Shown piece after piece: positions 17,173-26,400 of a DNA stretch of 44,707 bases. Position numbers and translations under genes: made by a program. The notes under the pieces were generated by a model. That model ran no database searches, was not told the origin of the DNA, and was given only the letters and a program-made list of their open reading frames with translations. Location of the stretch: sequence record PP786691.1; one strand, given 5' to 3'. Origin of the DNA: Escherichia phage phiEco273. The stretch's first letter is position 1. Each line of letters begins with the position of its first letter.

Positions 17173-17644
17173 GCAGAAAGATAGCTGGCGCACGCCGCCA
17201 GCTTTATTTAAACCGCTTCGTCGGAAATACCGATTCCGTTACGATATGGCGGCAAGCGATGCCAATCACCTGCTACCGCGGTACTTCACGGCAGAACACA
17301 GCGCGCTTGATGCGGACTGGGCAGAGTTGAAAGGGTGGAAGTGGTGTAACCCGCCGTATTCCGATCCGCTGCCGTGGGTCGAGTGCGCAGCGCGCGGACG
17401 CCGGACCGTCATGCTACTGAATCAGGACACGTCGACTAAGTGGGCGAGGCTGGCCCGGAAGACCGCCAATATGATAATTCTTCTGGACTGGCGGATTAGA
17501 TTCATTCACGCCGTCACCGGCGAAGTCGGGCCGAGCAATAACAAGTGCCAGCAATTAATAATATTTGACGAAGCGCCGCCCATCGGCAGCGCACAAATTG
17601 AAATAATGAGCGAAGGAGAACTACGTGAATATCTTAATCGTTGA
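17159..17644 (+). CDS. DNA N6-adenine methyltransferase (phage Dam-like family)
   Basis: ATG 17159 (verified); WRTPPALF near N-terminus and NPPY motif (CNPPYS). Confidence 0.7.
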   Translation: MTKSEQKDSWRTPPALFKPLRRKYRFRYDMAASDANHLLPRYFTAEHSALDADWAELKGWKWCNPPYSDPLPWVECAARGRRTVMLLNQDTSTKWARLARKTANMIILLDWRIRFIHAVTGEVGPSNNKCQQLIIFDEAPPIGSAQIEIMSEGELREYLNR

Positions 17645-17849
17645 CCGCAACCACGCGGTCGTAGACCAAATGCAAAAAGACTATAACATCGACCCACGCC
17701 GCGATCGTGTGGTGCGCGCGTCTCGCCCCGAATACATCCTGGGCCTTGACCTCACCGGTTGGCTTGTCATGACCCGACGTTGTCATTTCGTGTGCAACTC
17801 TTACACCGCGCGTAGCGCCCGAGCCACCCTTATTGAGAGCCTAAAATGA
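17625..17849 (+). CDS. hypothetical protein
   Basis: 74-aa ORF overlapping neighbours by short couplings. Confidence 0.35.
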   Translation: MNILIVDRNHAVVDQMQKDYNIDPRRDRVVRASRPEYILGLDLTGWLVMTRRCHFVCNSYTARSARATLIESLK

Positions 17850-18316
17850 AATTACTTATTTGCGATTTGGATGGAGTTATTAACGGTTCAAGCGATGCGC
17901 GCGCCGACCTGGTGCCGGGCATAAAAACTAAATCCACCTTTTGGGCGAAGTGGCACAAAGCGCATATACGCGAAGATCTGAACATGGATATGCTGCCGCT
18001 GCTGACCATGTACAAAGAGCAAGGCTTCGAGATCGCGTATCTGACAAACCGGCAGCGAGAATGCTGGGACACCACAGCCGAGCAATTGGAAGTATTCCCT
18101 AGAGGCCGGTTGTTTATGCGCCACATGATGGACGACACCCCGCCACCAGAGTTTAAGGCGTGCGCCGTGTTCAAAATGGTCTGCTACGCGGACGTGTCGG
18201 AACTGGTCATCATTGAAGACTGTCCGAAGAACATCGCGGCAATTCGTCGGGCGTGCAGCGATTTGGTCCCGAAAATTTATGCGATAAACGTTGCAAAATT
18301 CACTTGCAACCAATAG
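17846..18316 (+). CDS. HAD-superfamily phosphatase (nucleotidase / polynucleotide 3'-phosphatase-like)
   Basis: N-terminal motif LICDLDGVI (DxDG[TV]); 156 aa. Confidence 0.5.
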   Translation: MKLLICDLDGVINGSSDARADLVPGIKTKSTFWAKWHKAHIREDLNMDMLPLLTMYKEQGFEIAYLTNRQRECWDTTAEQLEVFPRGRLFMRHMMDDTPPPEFKACAVFKMVCYADVSELVIIEDCPKNIAAIRRACSDLVPKIYAINVAKFTCNQ

Positions 18317-18380
18317 GTTGGTTGCAGTATCTTAATCACGTCGGGGGCAATATCGCCCCATCGCTAAAAAGGGTAATACT

Positions 18381-18875
18381 GTGAAAGCATACGAATACTG
18401 CAAAAATGCCGCCACCACTATGGAGCAGCGCGGGAAAGAAAACGGCTATGACAACGAGAAAGAAGAACGCAGCGCTAAACAGATCGCCGCCGTGTTTAAC
18501 GCGCTTACCGGTCGCGACCTGACCGAGCAAGAAGCCTGGACCTTCCTGATCTGCCTGAAGCTGGTGCGCCAGCACCGTAAGCACCAGGAAGATAATATCG
18601 TGGATCTGGTGGCGTATGCCGCCCTGCTGGGCGAGTCTTACATGACCGTGCAGGACGAGATCCAGGTCGATACAACGGCAGCGCAATACGACAGCCTAAA
18701 AGACTGGCCTACCAAGATCAAAGCCACTAATTTCAATGCTGCTAAGTTCGGCATTGCGGGTCAAGAATTCCAGCCTATGGTCGTGCTCACCGGCGAAGAC
18801 GGATCCAAAATCCTCATGACGCCGGAAGACTTCCGCAACATGGAAAAAACACTGGTGACTGGCGCACTTAAATAA
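18381..18875 (+). CDS. hypothetical protein
   Basis: 164 aa, GTG start with AAGGG RBS. Confidence 0.45.
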   Translation: MKAYEYCKNAATTMEQRGKENGYDNEKEERSAKQIAAVFNALTGRDLTEQEAWTFLICLKLVRQHRKHQEDNIVDLVAYAALLGESYMTVQDEIQVDTTAAQYDSLKDWPTKIKATNFNAAKFGIAGQEFQPMVVLTGEDGSKILMTPEDFRNMEKTLVTGALK

Positions 18876-18917
18876 TTCTAATCGCGGGCTTCGGCCCGCA
18901 TCAATGAGGACCACACA

Positions 18918-19493
18918 ATGTACGGCGAATATGAAATAACCGGTAAACAATTCCACCTGGCGGCAATGATCGCAAGCATCGAGTTTGACCAATGGCGCCT
19001 AAAGTCTGACGCGTGCAAGCAAAGCCGTCTTGTCGGTGTGCTGGGCGAGATGTTTGCGGGCATGTACCTTGAGGGGCAGGCGGGCGGGCGTAGTTGCATA
19101 CCGCAAGGCTTACTTATGCGTACCGGCCTGTTTAGCGCCAACACCATTGACCGCGGCGATATCATCATGGTCGGCAAGCGCAAGGTTAAGTCCGGCCCTG
19201 ACTTCCGCGAACATATGATTGATGCCGTCTGGACCTATGAGGTCAAAGCCACCAGCGGCATCCGTCGAGGACTGGTCGAGGCACGTTGCGCTCGCGAGTA
19301 TCTGACCCGTCGAGTTGCCGGTGTTATTCTGGTCGGTGTGTCGTTCGGGCAGCATAGCGCGCACGGTGTGATTGAGGATATAGCAGAGCCATACGTGATC
19401 GTGAACGATTGGCCTTTAGTGGAGGTTGAAGGTAAGGAATACTACGAAAGCCCGCTGGTGCGGCGCAAAATGGATTGGGAAAACTCAAATTAA
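18918..19493 (+). CDS. hypothetical protein
   Basis: 191 aa; last gene of rightward operon. Confidence 0.5.
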   Translation: MYGEYEITGKQFHLAAMIASIEFDQWRLKSDACKQSRLVGVLGEMFAGMYLEGQAGGRSCIPQGLLMRTGLFSANTIDRGDIIMVGKRKVKSGPDFREHMIDAVWTYEVKATSGIRRGLVEARCAREYLTRRVAGVILVGVSFGQHSAHGVIEDIAEPYVIVNDWPLVEVEGKEYYESPLVRRKMDWENSN

Positions 19494-19496
19494 GAA

Positions 19497-19520
19497 AAGG
19501 GCCGTATGGCCCTTTCTTTT
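19497..19520. terminator. bidirectional intrinsic terminator (AAGGGCC-GTAT-GGCCCTT flanked by A/T runs)
   Basis: Sits exactly between convergent stops at 19493 (+) and 19521 (-). Confidence 0.7.
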
Positions 19521-22199
19521 TCAACCAGCTAACTTAGCCTCCAGTTCTGAGATTCTTTGCTCAAGTCCTCGGGCGATAAACACGTTTAGTTCCGAATATC
19601 GCAAGCTATATCTATTTCCCGCTGGGGTTATCTTGATCGTAGACTTCGAATTATCATCGGGGTCGCTAATAACCTCGGAAGTCTCCTCCCATTCGTCGTA
19701 GCACACGAATCCATACTTCAAGGGGTCCAGACCGTAAGACTGCATGATTTCCATCACTTTCTGCACGGTAATACCGGCATGGAGCCTTGCCTCGTCCCCC
19801 TCTTCAGCTACTCGCGCAAGCCACTGGAAAATACCAACCTCGCGGGCGATTTCTTTAGAAGCGCCCATCTCGGCCTCTGTTAAACCCCTAACCTCGGTCT
19901 TGAGTCTTGCGTCCGAGGTCTGTATGGCCCCGTTTGCTGCGTAGACCGCGCTAACACGGGAGACTGCACTGCCGATCGGGTATGCGTTGTCCGCAGCGGG
20001 GGACAGCGAGCCGTCGCTCGTAAAGCTCCACCGATCCTTCCTCGTCGTAGACCCTTGTTCCGTTGTAGCAATCGTTATGCCGCACTGGAGGTTTGTCGTA
20101 GACCAGCCAGAAGACGCCTGAATACGAATACCAGCGGCAGCACCCGTAAAACTTACACCACTGTGTCCTGCAAAAGATAGCCACAAGTTGTCTCCCGGCT
20201 GAGTTGCCCCCTTAGTGCCAGCCATTGTGCCGTCAAAAGCCACACCTCGGATGTTTATATTAGCGGTCGACCCGTTTCGTGGGGTGATTAAGGCTATTTC
20301 ATTAGCTGTGTTATTTACTTGTTTAAGACCGCGACCGTTTAATACTTCCAATCCGTTGTAACTTTCCTGCGTTAGCTTATAAAGCCCCATAGGCACATCG
20401 AAACCTATATAAAGGTCGCCGTTGTTGCTGGTCGCGAATGTTTGCCTCCGGTCGGCGTTGGTCTTATTCAATGGGGTTGTTAGCAACCTAAACCAGCCGC
20501 CGTGGTTAGTATCCGAAGCGGTCCCGTCCATGAGGAAGTGCTGCGACACGTTTGAGTGGTCCGTATATGTAGTACCAGTCCACGGACGCGACCCATACCC
20601 CCCAATAAGCACTCCTGTAGCCACGCCGGATCCGTTTGCCGGTTTTGAGTAGTTGTGGAAAACCGCGGACCCCCCGCCGACATTCGCAATACCAAAACTT
20701 GCCTCCGTGGCGTTGCTGGATTCCCAAACAACCCCGTCACCGCTGCCCTCCCCAGAAGTTACGGGCCGTAGTGTAGCCGTGCCAACCCCAATCTTCGGTG
20801 CATTCACTTTACCCGTAAAAGTCGGCGACGACCCAGAGTGATACAATTCAAACCACTGCGACCAGTTGCCGGTATCCGGGTTACTAATCCATCGCATAAA
20901 ACGACGCCCGCCGATGTATATTGTATACGTCTGAATGCAACTCTTCGGGCCGTTAGCGCCGATTTGCTGCACCAGCAAGCAACCCGCTTCCTTGACGGGA
21001 TAGTTAAGCTCCGGTGTGGCTTTTGCCGATACGGATTGACGGTAGAATCCAGCTTTATCGCCGGTCAGGGTGTTAAGGTCTACACTATCCAACGACCCCT
21101 TCTGTTCATGCATGACCTGAAGGTTAGCGCGCGCCCCCTGTTCGTCCGATGCGCCTGTCCCGCCGTCCCCGATCGCCACGTCCCCATTTGGCCCCAGCTT
21201 CGCAAGCTCAATGGCGCTCACACTGCCCGACAACCCGTTAATCCCATTATCGTTTCCCGCGTAAACTTTGACGCGAGCAGTCGTGTAGTCAACGTTAATC
21301 GCAAAAAATGTGTCACCAGCGCGGCCGAACACCCCTGAACTGAATCTGAAAGGGGTCATCTCGCCTGCTTGGAACTGAGAAATATCATCGACGCGCCAGA
21401 ATCCGCCCTTGACCGAATCACGCAACCGCTTGAGCATATCCTTTACGCCAGTTGGTGCCGGTAGCATTACACCAGCATACGGCACTTTCTGCGATGCGTC
21501 CGCGCTGTTGGCGAAGCCTTCAGCCTCGTCGCGAAATCCTTTAGCCTGGTCTTTAGCGGTTACGGCCTGCGATTTAGCTGTCTCCGCAGCGGTCTTCGCC
21601 GACTCTGCTGCCGTTTTTGCTGTCTCGGCTTTACCTTGTGCTGTCTCCGCGGCGGTCTTAGCGGCTACGGCGGCATCTTTCGCAGAGTTGGCGGTGTTCT
21701 TGAATCCTTCAGCCTCGTTACGAAAGCCTTGCGCCTGGTTCTTCGCCGTGATGGTCTGGTCTGCAATCTGCTGCAACTCCACCGGGTCCACGTCTTTAAG
21801 CAGGCTAGACAGGTAGCCCCATGACATACCCTGCACAACTTGCCCACTCGGCAGCGTGACCGAGATTTCCTCTTCTTCTCCGAAGATTGCGCGCCAGTTG
21901 TTCTCATCTGCGATCATCAAGCGCAACGCTTTTTGCGCCTGGACGGTTACGCCCATCGTCGCCAGCGACATGGTATCGCGCTTAACGCCGTCCCACGCAA
22001 GGCCGGTCGCCGTCGGGCCGTCGAACGGCAGTACCAACGTTAGCGCGGTTGCGCTTTCAATGGAAGCGATCGCTACGGTGTAGGGTACTTGTCCTACCAC
22101 CAGCGTTAAGAAATCGCCTGCTTTAAACGCGGTGAACGTTGTGCCAACCCCTACTACCGCCTTGCTGTTGTTCGTTACGGATAGCGTACCCGCTGCCAT
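19521..22199 (-). CDS. tail fiber protein with Ala/Lys-rich repeat shaft and C-terminal intramolecular chaperone (peptidase S74-like) domain
   Basis: ORF 19521..22256 begins on a TTG; first ATG with GAGGA RBS at 22199; repeats AKTAAETAKSQAVTAKDQAKGF; C-terminal ...SDARLKTEV...LEQRISELEAKLAG typical of autoproteolytic chaperone domains. Confidence 0.7.
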   Translation of the reverse strand: MAAGTLSVTNNSKAVVGVGTTFTAFKAGDFLTLVVGQVPYTVAIASIESATALTLVLPFDGPTATGLAWDGVKRDTMSLATMGVTVQAQKALRLMIADENNWRAIFGEEEEISVTLPSGQVVQGMSWGYLSSLLKDVDPVELQQIADQTITAKNQAQGFRNEAEGFKNTANSAKDAAVAAKTAAETAQGKAETAKTAAESAKTAAETAKSQAVTAKDQAKGFRDEAEGFANSADASQKVPYAGVMLPAPTGVKDMLKRLRDSVKGGFWRVDDISQFQAGEMTPFRFSSGVFGRAGDTFFAINVDYTTARVKVYAGNDNGINGLSGSVSAIELAKLGPNGDVAIGDGGTGASDEQGARANLQVMHEQKGSLDSVDLNTLTGDKAGFYRQSVSAKATPELNYPVKEAGCLLVQQIGANGPKSCIQTYTIYIGGRRFMRWISNPDTGNWSQWFELYHSGSSPTFTGKVNAPKIGVGTATLRPVTSGEGSGDGVVWESSNATEASFGIANVGGGSAVFHNYSKPANGSGVATGVLIGGYGSRPWTGTTYTDHSNVSQHFLMDGTASDTNHGGWFRLLTTPLNKTNADRRQTFATSNNGDLYIGFDVPMGLYKLTQESYNGLEVLNGRGLKQVNNTANEIALITPRNGSTANINIRGVAFDGTMAGTKGATQPGDNLWLSFAGHSGVSFTGAAAGIRIQASSGWSTTNLQCGITIATTEQGSTTRKDRWSFTSDGSLSPAADNAYPIGSAVSRVSAVYAANGAIQTSDARLKTEVRGLTEAEMGASKEIAREVGIFQWLARVAEEGDEARLHAGITVQKVMEIMQSYGLDPLKYGFVCYDEWEETSEVISDPDDNSKSTIKITPAGNRYSLRYSELNVFIARGLEQRISELEAKLAG

Positions 22200-22219
22200 A
22201 GCTAAATCCTCGTAATTGG

Positions 22220-22248
22220 TTGCAATCCTGGTTGAACGGTGTAATACT
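22220..22248 (+). promoter_or_regulatory. promoter-like element with TTGGTTGCAA motif (-35 TTGCAA 22220-22225; -10 TAATAC(T) ~22242-22248)
   Basis: Direct reading upstream of lipoprotein gene; shares motif family with early promoters. Confidence 0.45.
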
Positions 22249-22277
22249 AAACTCAACCAAATAAAGGAGATGATACC

Positions 22278-22508
22278 ATGAAAACTCTAATCAAATCCGC
22301 AATCATTGCCGCGTTTGTAGTAATGGCTGTTGGTTGCTCTTCTGGCCCGCGTCCGGATGGTTGGTGCGCCACGCAAGCAAGCGGCGTATGTGTGGCTAAG
22401 TGGAAAGGCGGTGTAGTTGTTGCGGCGGGTGAAGTCGATATTCGTTATGACGGAATTAAAGGGCATGGCGGATCAGTTCGTGATTATGGCTCTCGGGAGT
22501 GGAACTAA
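22278..22508 (+). CDS. small lipoprotein (candidate superinfection-exclusion lipoprotein)
   Basis: 76 aa; signal peptide with lipobox AVGCSS; AAGGAGA RBS; encoded next to receptor-binding genes on the opposite strand. Confidence 0.55.
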   Translation: MKTLIKSAIIAAFVVMAVGCSSGPRPDGWCATQASGVCVAKWKGGVVVAAGEVDIRYDGIKGHGGSVRDYGSREWN

Positions 22509-23443
22509 TGGCGCAAGGTATCTACATCGATCTTAAGGACGGACGCAACCCGATGATAATCACCTCGGGTATGCGTGCCTTGAATTTTGCGGGTAACTTC
22601 GACGTTTCAAGTGGCGGGTTTAGCAAGTCATTCCCTATTAACGGTAATGAAGGGGCTTCAAGGTTTCTTCTGCCGAACAATGGCGCATACTCCTTCGAAC
22701 TGGATCGTGGTGTTGAGGTTTATTATATAACGGGCTTTTCGTCAACAGCATCCAGCGGAACTATATCTATTGGCTCTGAGAATGGTTATCCCGACCGCGT
22801 AACGCAGTTCTCTGGAACTGTAGTTGAGGTTCTTAGAGCATCGACAGGCCAGGGGATTTACGTTGCCGACAGTACGGATTTTACATCGATAACCACAACG
22901 GACCGGTTGCTTGTCTGCAAATTTGCTCAAACTATATCATTCCATGATAGTTACACCCTCCCAATCTACGGCATACCGTTCGGCAGGTGGGACAATTCCG
23001 GTGTTTCTGTTGAGTACGACGGAGTTAATCGGTTGATTTGTACAAACATAAACACAAATGATACAGGGCACACCCCCGGAAGTGTTACTATGGATTTGGT
23101 TATTTTCCAGATGGTTGCGCCCGTTCCGGGACCGGGGTTAAACATATTTAACCGCAACGGCGCCTGTACTCTTTCAACAGTTACCAGGCCCCTTGTTGTG
23201 TCCGGGTTTATAAGTCTGTCAGGAAGCAATCAGTATATCGGGGATTCTTACTTCCCCATTCTAAGGTGTGGGTTCAACACAAGGGCCATACCAGCATATA
23301 AGGAACTAAGAAACAAAGGCGTAGTTATGAGTGGCGGATATGTAAGGTCGGGAACTGGCTCCCGGATTGTAAGGTACGAAATCGGCAACAGACCCGACGT
23401 TACGATACCAACTCCGCTGCCGTACCTCCCAAACATGTATTAA
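22508..23443 (+). CDS. hypothetical Ser/Thr/Gly-rich protein (311 aa), translationally coupled to lipoprotein
   Basis: ATG 22508 overlaps lipoprotein stop (TAATG); no recognised motifs. Confidence 0.5.
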   Translation: MAQGIYIDLKDGRNPMIITSGMRALNFAGNFDVSSGGFSKSFPINGNEGASRFLLPNNGAYSFELDRGVEVYYITGFSSTASSGTISIGSENGYPDRVTQFSGTVVEVLRASTGQGIYVADSTDFTSITTTDRLLVCKFAQTISFHDSYTLPIYGIPFGRWDNSGVSVEYDGVNRLICTNINTNDTGHTPGSVTMDLVIFQMVAPVPGPGLNIFNRNGACTLSTVTRPLVVSGFISLSGSNQYIGDSYFPILRCGFNTRAIPAYKELRNKGVVMSGGYVRSGTGSRIVRYEIGNRPDVTIPTPLPYLPNMY

Positions 23444-23465
23444 AGCCCCTTGCGGGGCTTTAATT
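23443..23465. terminator. hairpin terminator (AAGCCCC-TTGC-GGGGCTT)
   Basis: Between convergent stops at 23443 (+) and 23477 (-). Confidence 0.5.
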
Positions 23466-23476
23466 TCAGAACACAC

Positions 23477-26400
23477 CTAATACAACCCTTCCCCTCCGGG
23501 TAGGTTAACCGTAACCCCATTCCCGTTAATCTGCACGGTGTTATTTTGTCCGTTAAAAGCGAACTCACCACTGTTAGCGTACAGCCTGCCGCGCACCGTC
23601 ACCTCGTTAAACTCCGCGGCCCCGCCTTTCTGGATACGCCAGCCACGTGACCCGGAAACGAAGTTATTTGATTGCAGCGTGTCCGTGATCTGTGCAAAGT
23701 TGATTGACGCATCCTTGATGCGTGCCGTGTCGATGTACACTGCACCACCGTCCACAATAAACGCGGACGAAAGCGTCCCATTCGACGGGTGCATGATGTA
23801 GAACTGGTCCGCCTTGAACGCAATACGTGATTTAACTGCGGTACCAGACGTCACAACGGAAAGCTGCATACCCGCATCATAGTAAGTCCCGTTATACGTC
23901 ACGCCAGCCTTAAGACTGTATGTGGCACTACCACCAGAGTGGTTAAACGAGGACGTCATCTTCTGCTCGATAGCGGCGGACTGCTGACCGAACTGTGTCG
24001 CGACCTGGGTCTTATATTCCGCCAGCGCTCCCGCCACGTCTGCGGTTGCCGTTTGCACCTGCTGGATGGCAGCTTCCTGTTCCCCGAACTTAGCGGCAAC
24101 AGTTTGCTGGTACTGGGCGAATGCTTGCTCGTGTGTGCTTTGCGCGGTCTGCAGCGTGTGGATTGATGCTTCCGCGTCATCAAGGCGCGTGCCGATCAAC
24201 GTTTCCAGTTGTGAGACTGCCTTGTTGGCGTCTGCCGCCACGTTATACGCCACCTTGATTTCAGCATAAATCCCTTTGTACTCGGCGCGGGCGTTGAATA
24301 GCTGCTGGGCGTCGGTGAGCATTGACTCATAAATGCCTTGCGGGATCGTGTTAATAGCTTCCTGGAAGTGTTTACCATCCTCGGAAGTCAAGAACTCGTC
24401 ATCAAGCCCCTTCATGTACTCGTCAACTTTGTCACTCACCTGGCCTTCGAACGGGGCGGACCAGTCCGACAGGTTGCCGATTTTATCCGCTACACGGGCG
24501 CGCAACTGCTGGTAAATTCCGAACTCAAGCGACGTTTGCGCGTACTCCGCGCCCGGATATGGGACGTTGGTAAGGAATTTCCATTCAGTCTCACCAGTCT
24601 TGCGCACTTCAAGCTCGGTGTATGAGATATCAGTCGCAGCGTTGTTGTGATTCCACTTCCATAGGATCTGGTGTAAACCTGAAATCGCGTTGGTGATGAT
24701 TGGCGCATTAAGCCCTCCGAGGCGACCTTCCACCGGCGTGATTGCGGAAGACACCCACGGAGATGAAATCTCGCCCATACCGATCGCACGGACGCGTGCC
24801 TGATAGTTACCGGAGAACACGTTAGGGATGTGTGCCCCATTCGACGCCGTGCGCGGAATATTCACCCAGTCGTTGCCCCACTGGATTTCCATATTCTGTA
24901 AGCTGGTGCGCCGCCACTGTATTTCATACACCACGGCGTCCTTCACCGGCGGGAAAACAATATCCACGTTGGTGATTAGCTGGCCTTGCGATGAAATCTG
25001 CGACGGGGTTATGGTCACGGATTCCGGCCCCTTCATTACGCCGTCAGGCACTTGCGTAAAGATGCCTGGGTCAAGGCGCGCGCCATTATCAACGGCATCA
25101 TATTTGCTATCGTTGTATTCAATCCCGCGCACCGAAAAAGTGCTGGTAGAGTCGTCATATTCCAGGTCGGTTATGCGGAACTTCTGCAACTGGATATCGT
25201 TGCCATCAACGCAAAACGGCTGGTCTGGAATCGGGTCGGCATCCAGTGCAGTTTTTAGCGTAACCTTGTTGCCGTTGACGCTGGCGATCTCGCGAGTCTC
25301 CACATTACCGCTATCGGTGCGCACCAGGAACTTATCGCCAGGGCGGAACGTGATTTCGCTGTCCGTGTTCAGCACGGTACGCGTTCCGGGGTCTGACAAC
25401 AGTCGACCGCCACGAGTCTCGAATCCGCCAGAAATATTAGTATCTGCGATCGCGACTACGCTACCAGGGATAAAGAATAACCCCTCCATGCCCACCTTAA
25501 AGCTAACTTGCTGGTCAAGCTGGTTGGAAATTAGCGCCCAGTGCCCGCGGCGTTGCGCTTCAGATTCACGCGTACAGCCGATCGCCGTAATATCAAGACG
25601 GTTAATCTTATGGCGGCGTACCAATTCGACACGTTGCCCCGTTGCGATGGCATCTTCATAGTGGTTCTTCGGGTTGCCGTATGCTACTGCGAACGTGGAG
25701 TACCGAGTTTTCTGGCTACCGGACGCGTAGTCGAAGCGCCCATCAATAACCGATGCGTTGGTGATAGTGTGCGATACCGCCGCGACCGGCTGGTCACTGA
25801 CGATATTCAACATCTGATTACCCCACCAGGTCATTCCGGCAAAGATAGCGGCTAAATCCTTAAGCACTGTCCAGGCATCGGTCTGCGACTGGATATACAT
25901 ATCATTCTTAAATCTGATTTCCTGCCCACCGTTGCCGTCACTGACCAGTTGATCGCAGCGCTGCGCAATCTGGTAAAGCGCGTACCGGTTCAACATTTGC
26001 GGCTTGATCCGGCGACCGAGGCCGAAGCGCTCAGTAATACAAATATCATACCAGTGCCACGCAGGGTTATCCGTCCATGCGCGTTTAAACGTCCCATCCC
26101 AGTTTCCAGAATAGGTATGCCTAATCGGGTCATAGTTGTTCGGCACCAGCACCTTACGTCCTTTGCACTTGATGGACACGCGCGGGATGTTCTGGAACGC
26201 TTTGGCGTCGAACTCCACGAACAACAGCGCGGTTAGCGGGTATCGCAGGCGGGCGTCGATAATCTCAGTAATGGATTGCACCCGGATATCATTAACCACT
26301 TTCGCCGATGTGGAGTCTGCCGTTATGCGGTGCACCTCCACGCGCCATCCGGTATTCACGCTCGCCGGTAACTCAATGCGGTGGTCGCGCTCGTACAGCG

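Noticed and set aside
24828-25661. 277-aa plus-strand ORF inside the J gene region
   Set aside because: Entirely antisense to the 1146-aa J-like ORF, whose similarity to lambda gpJ is convincing; Ser/Arg-rich composition.
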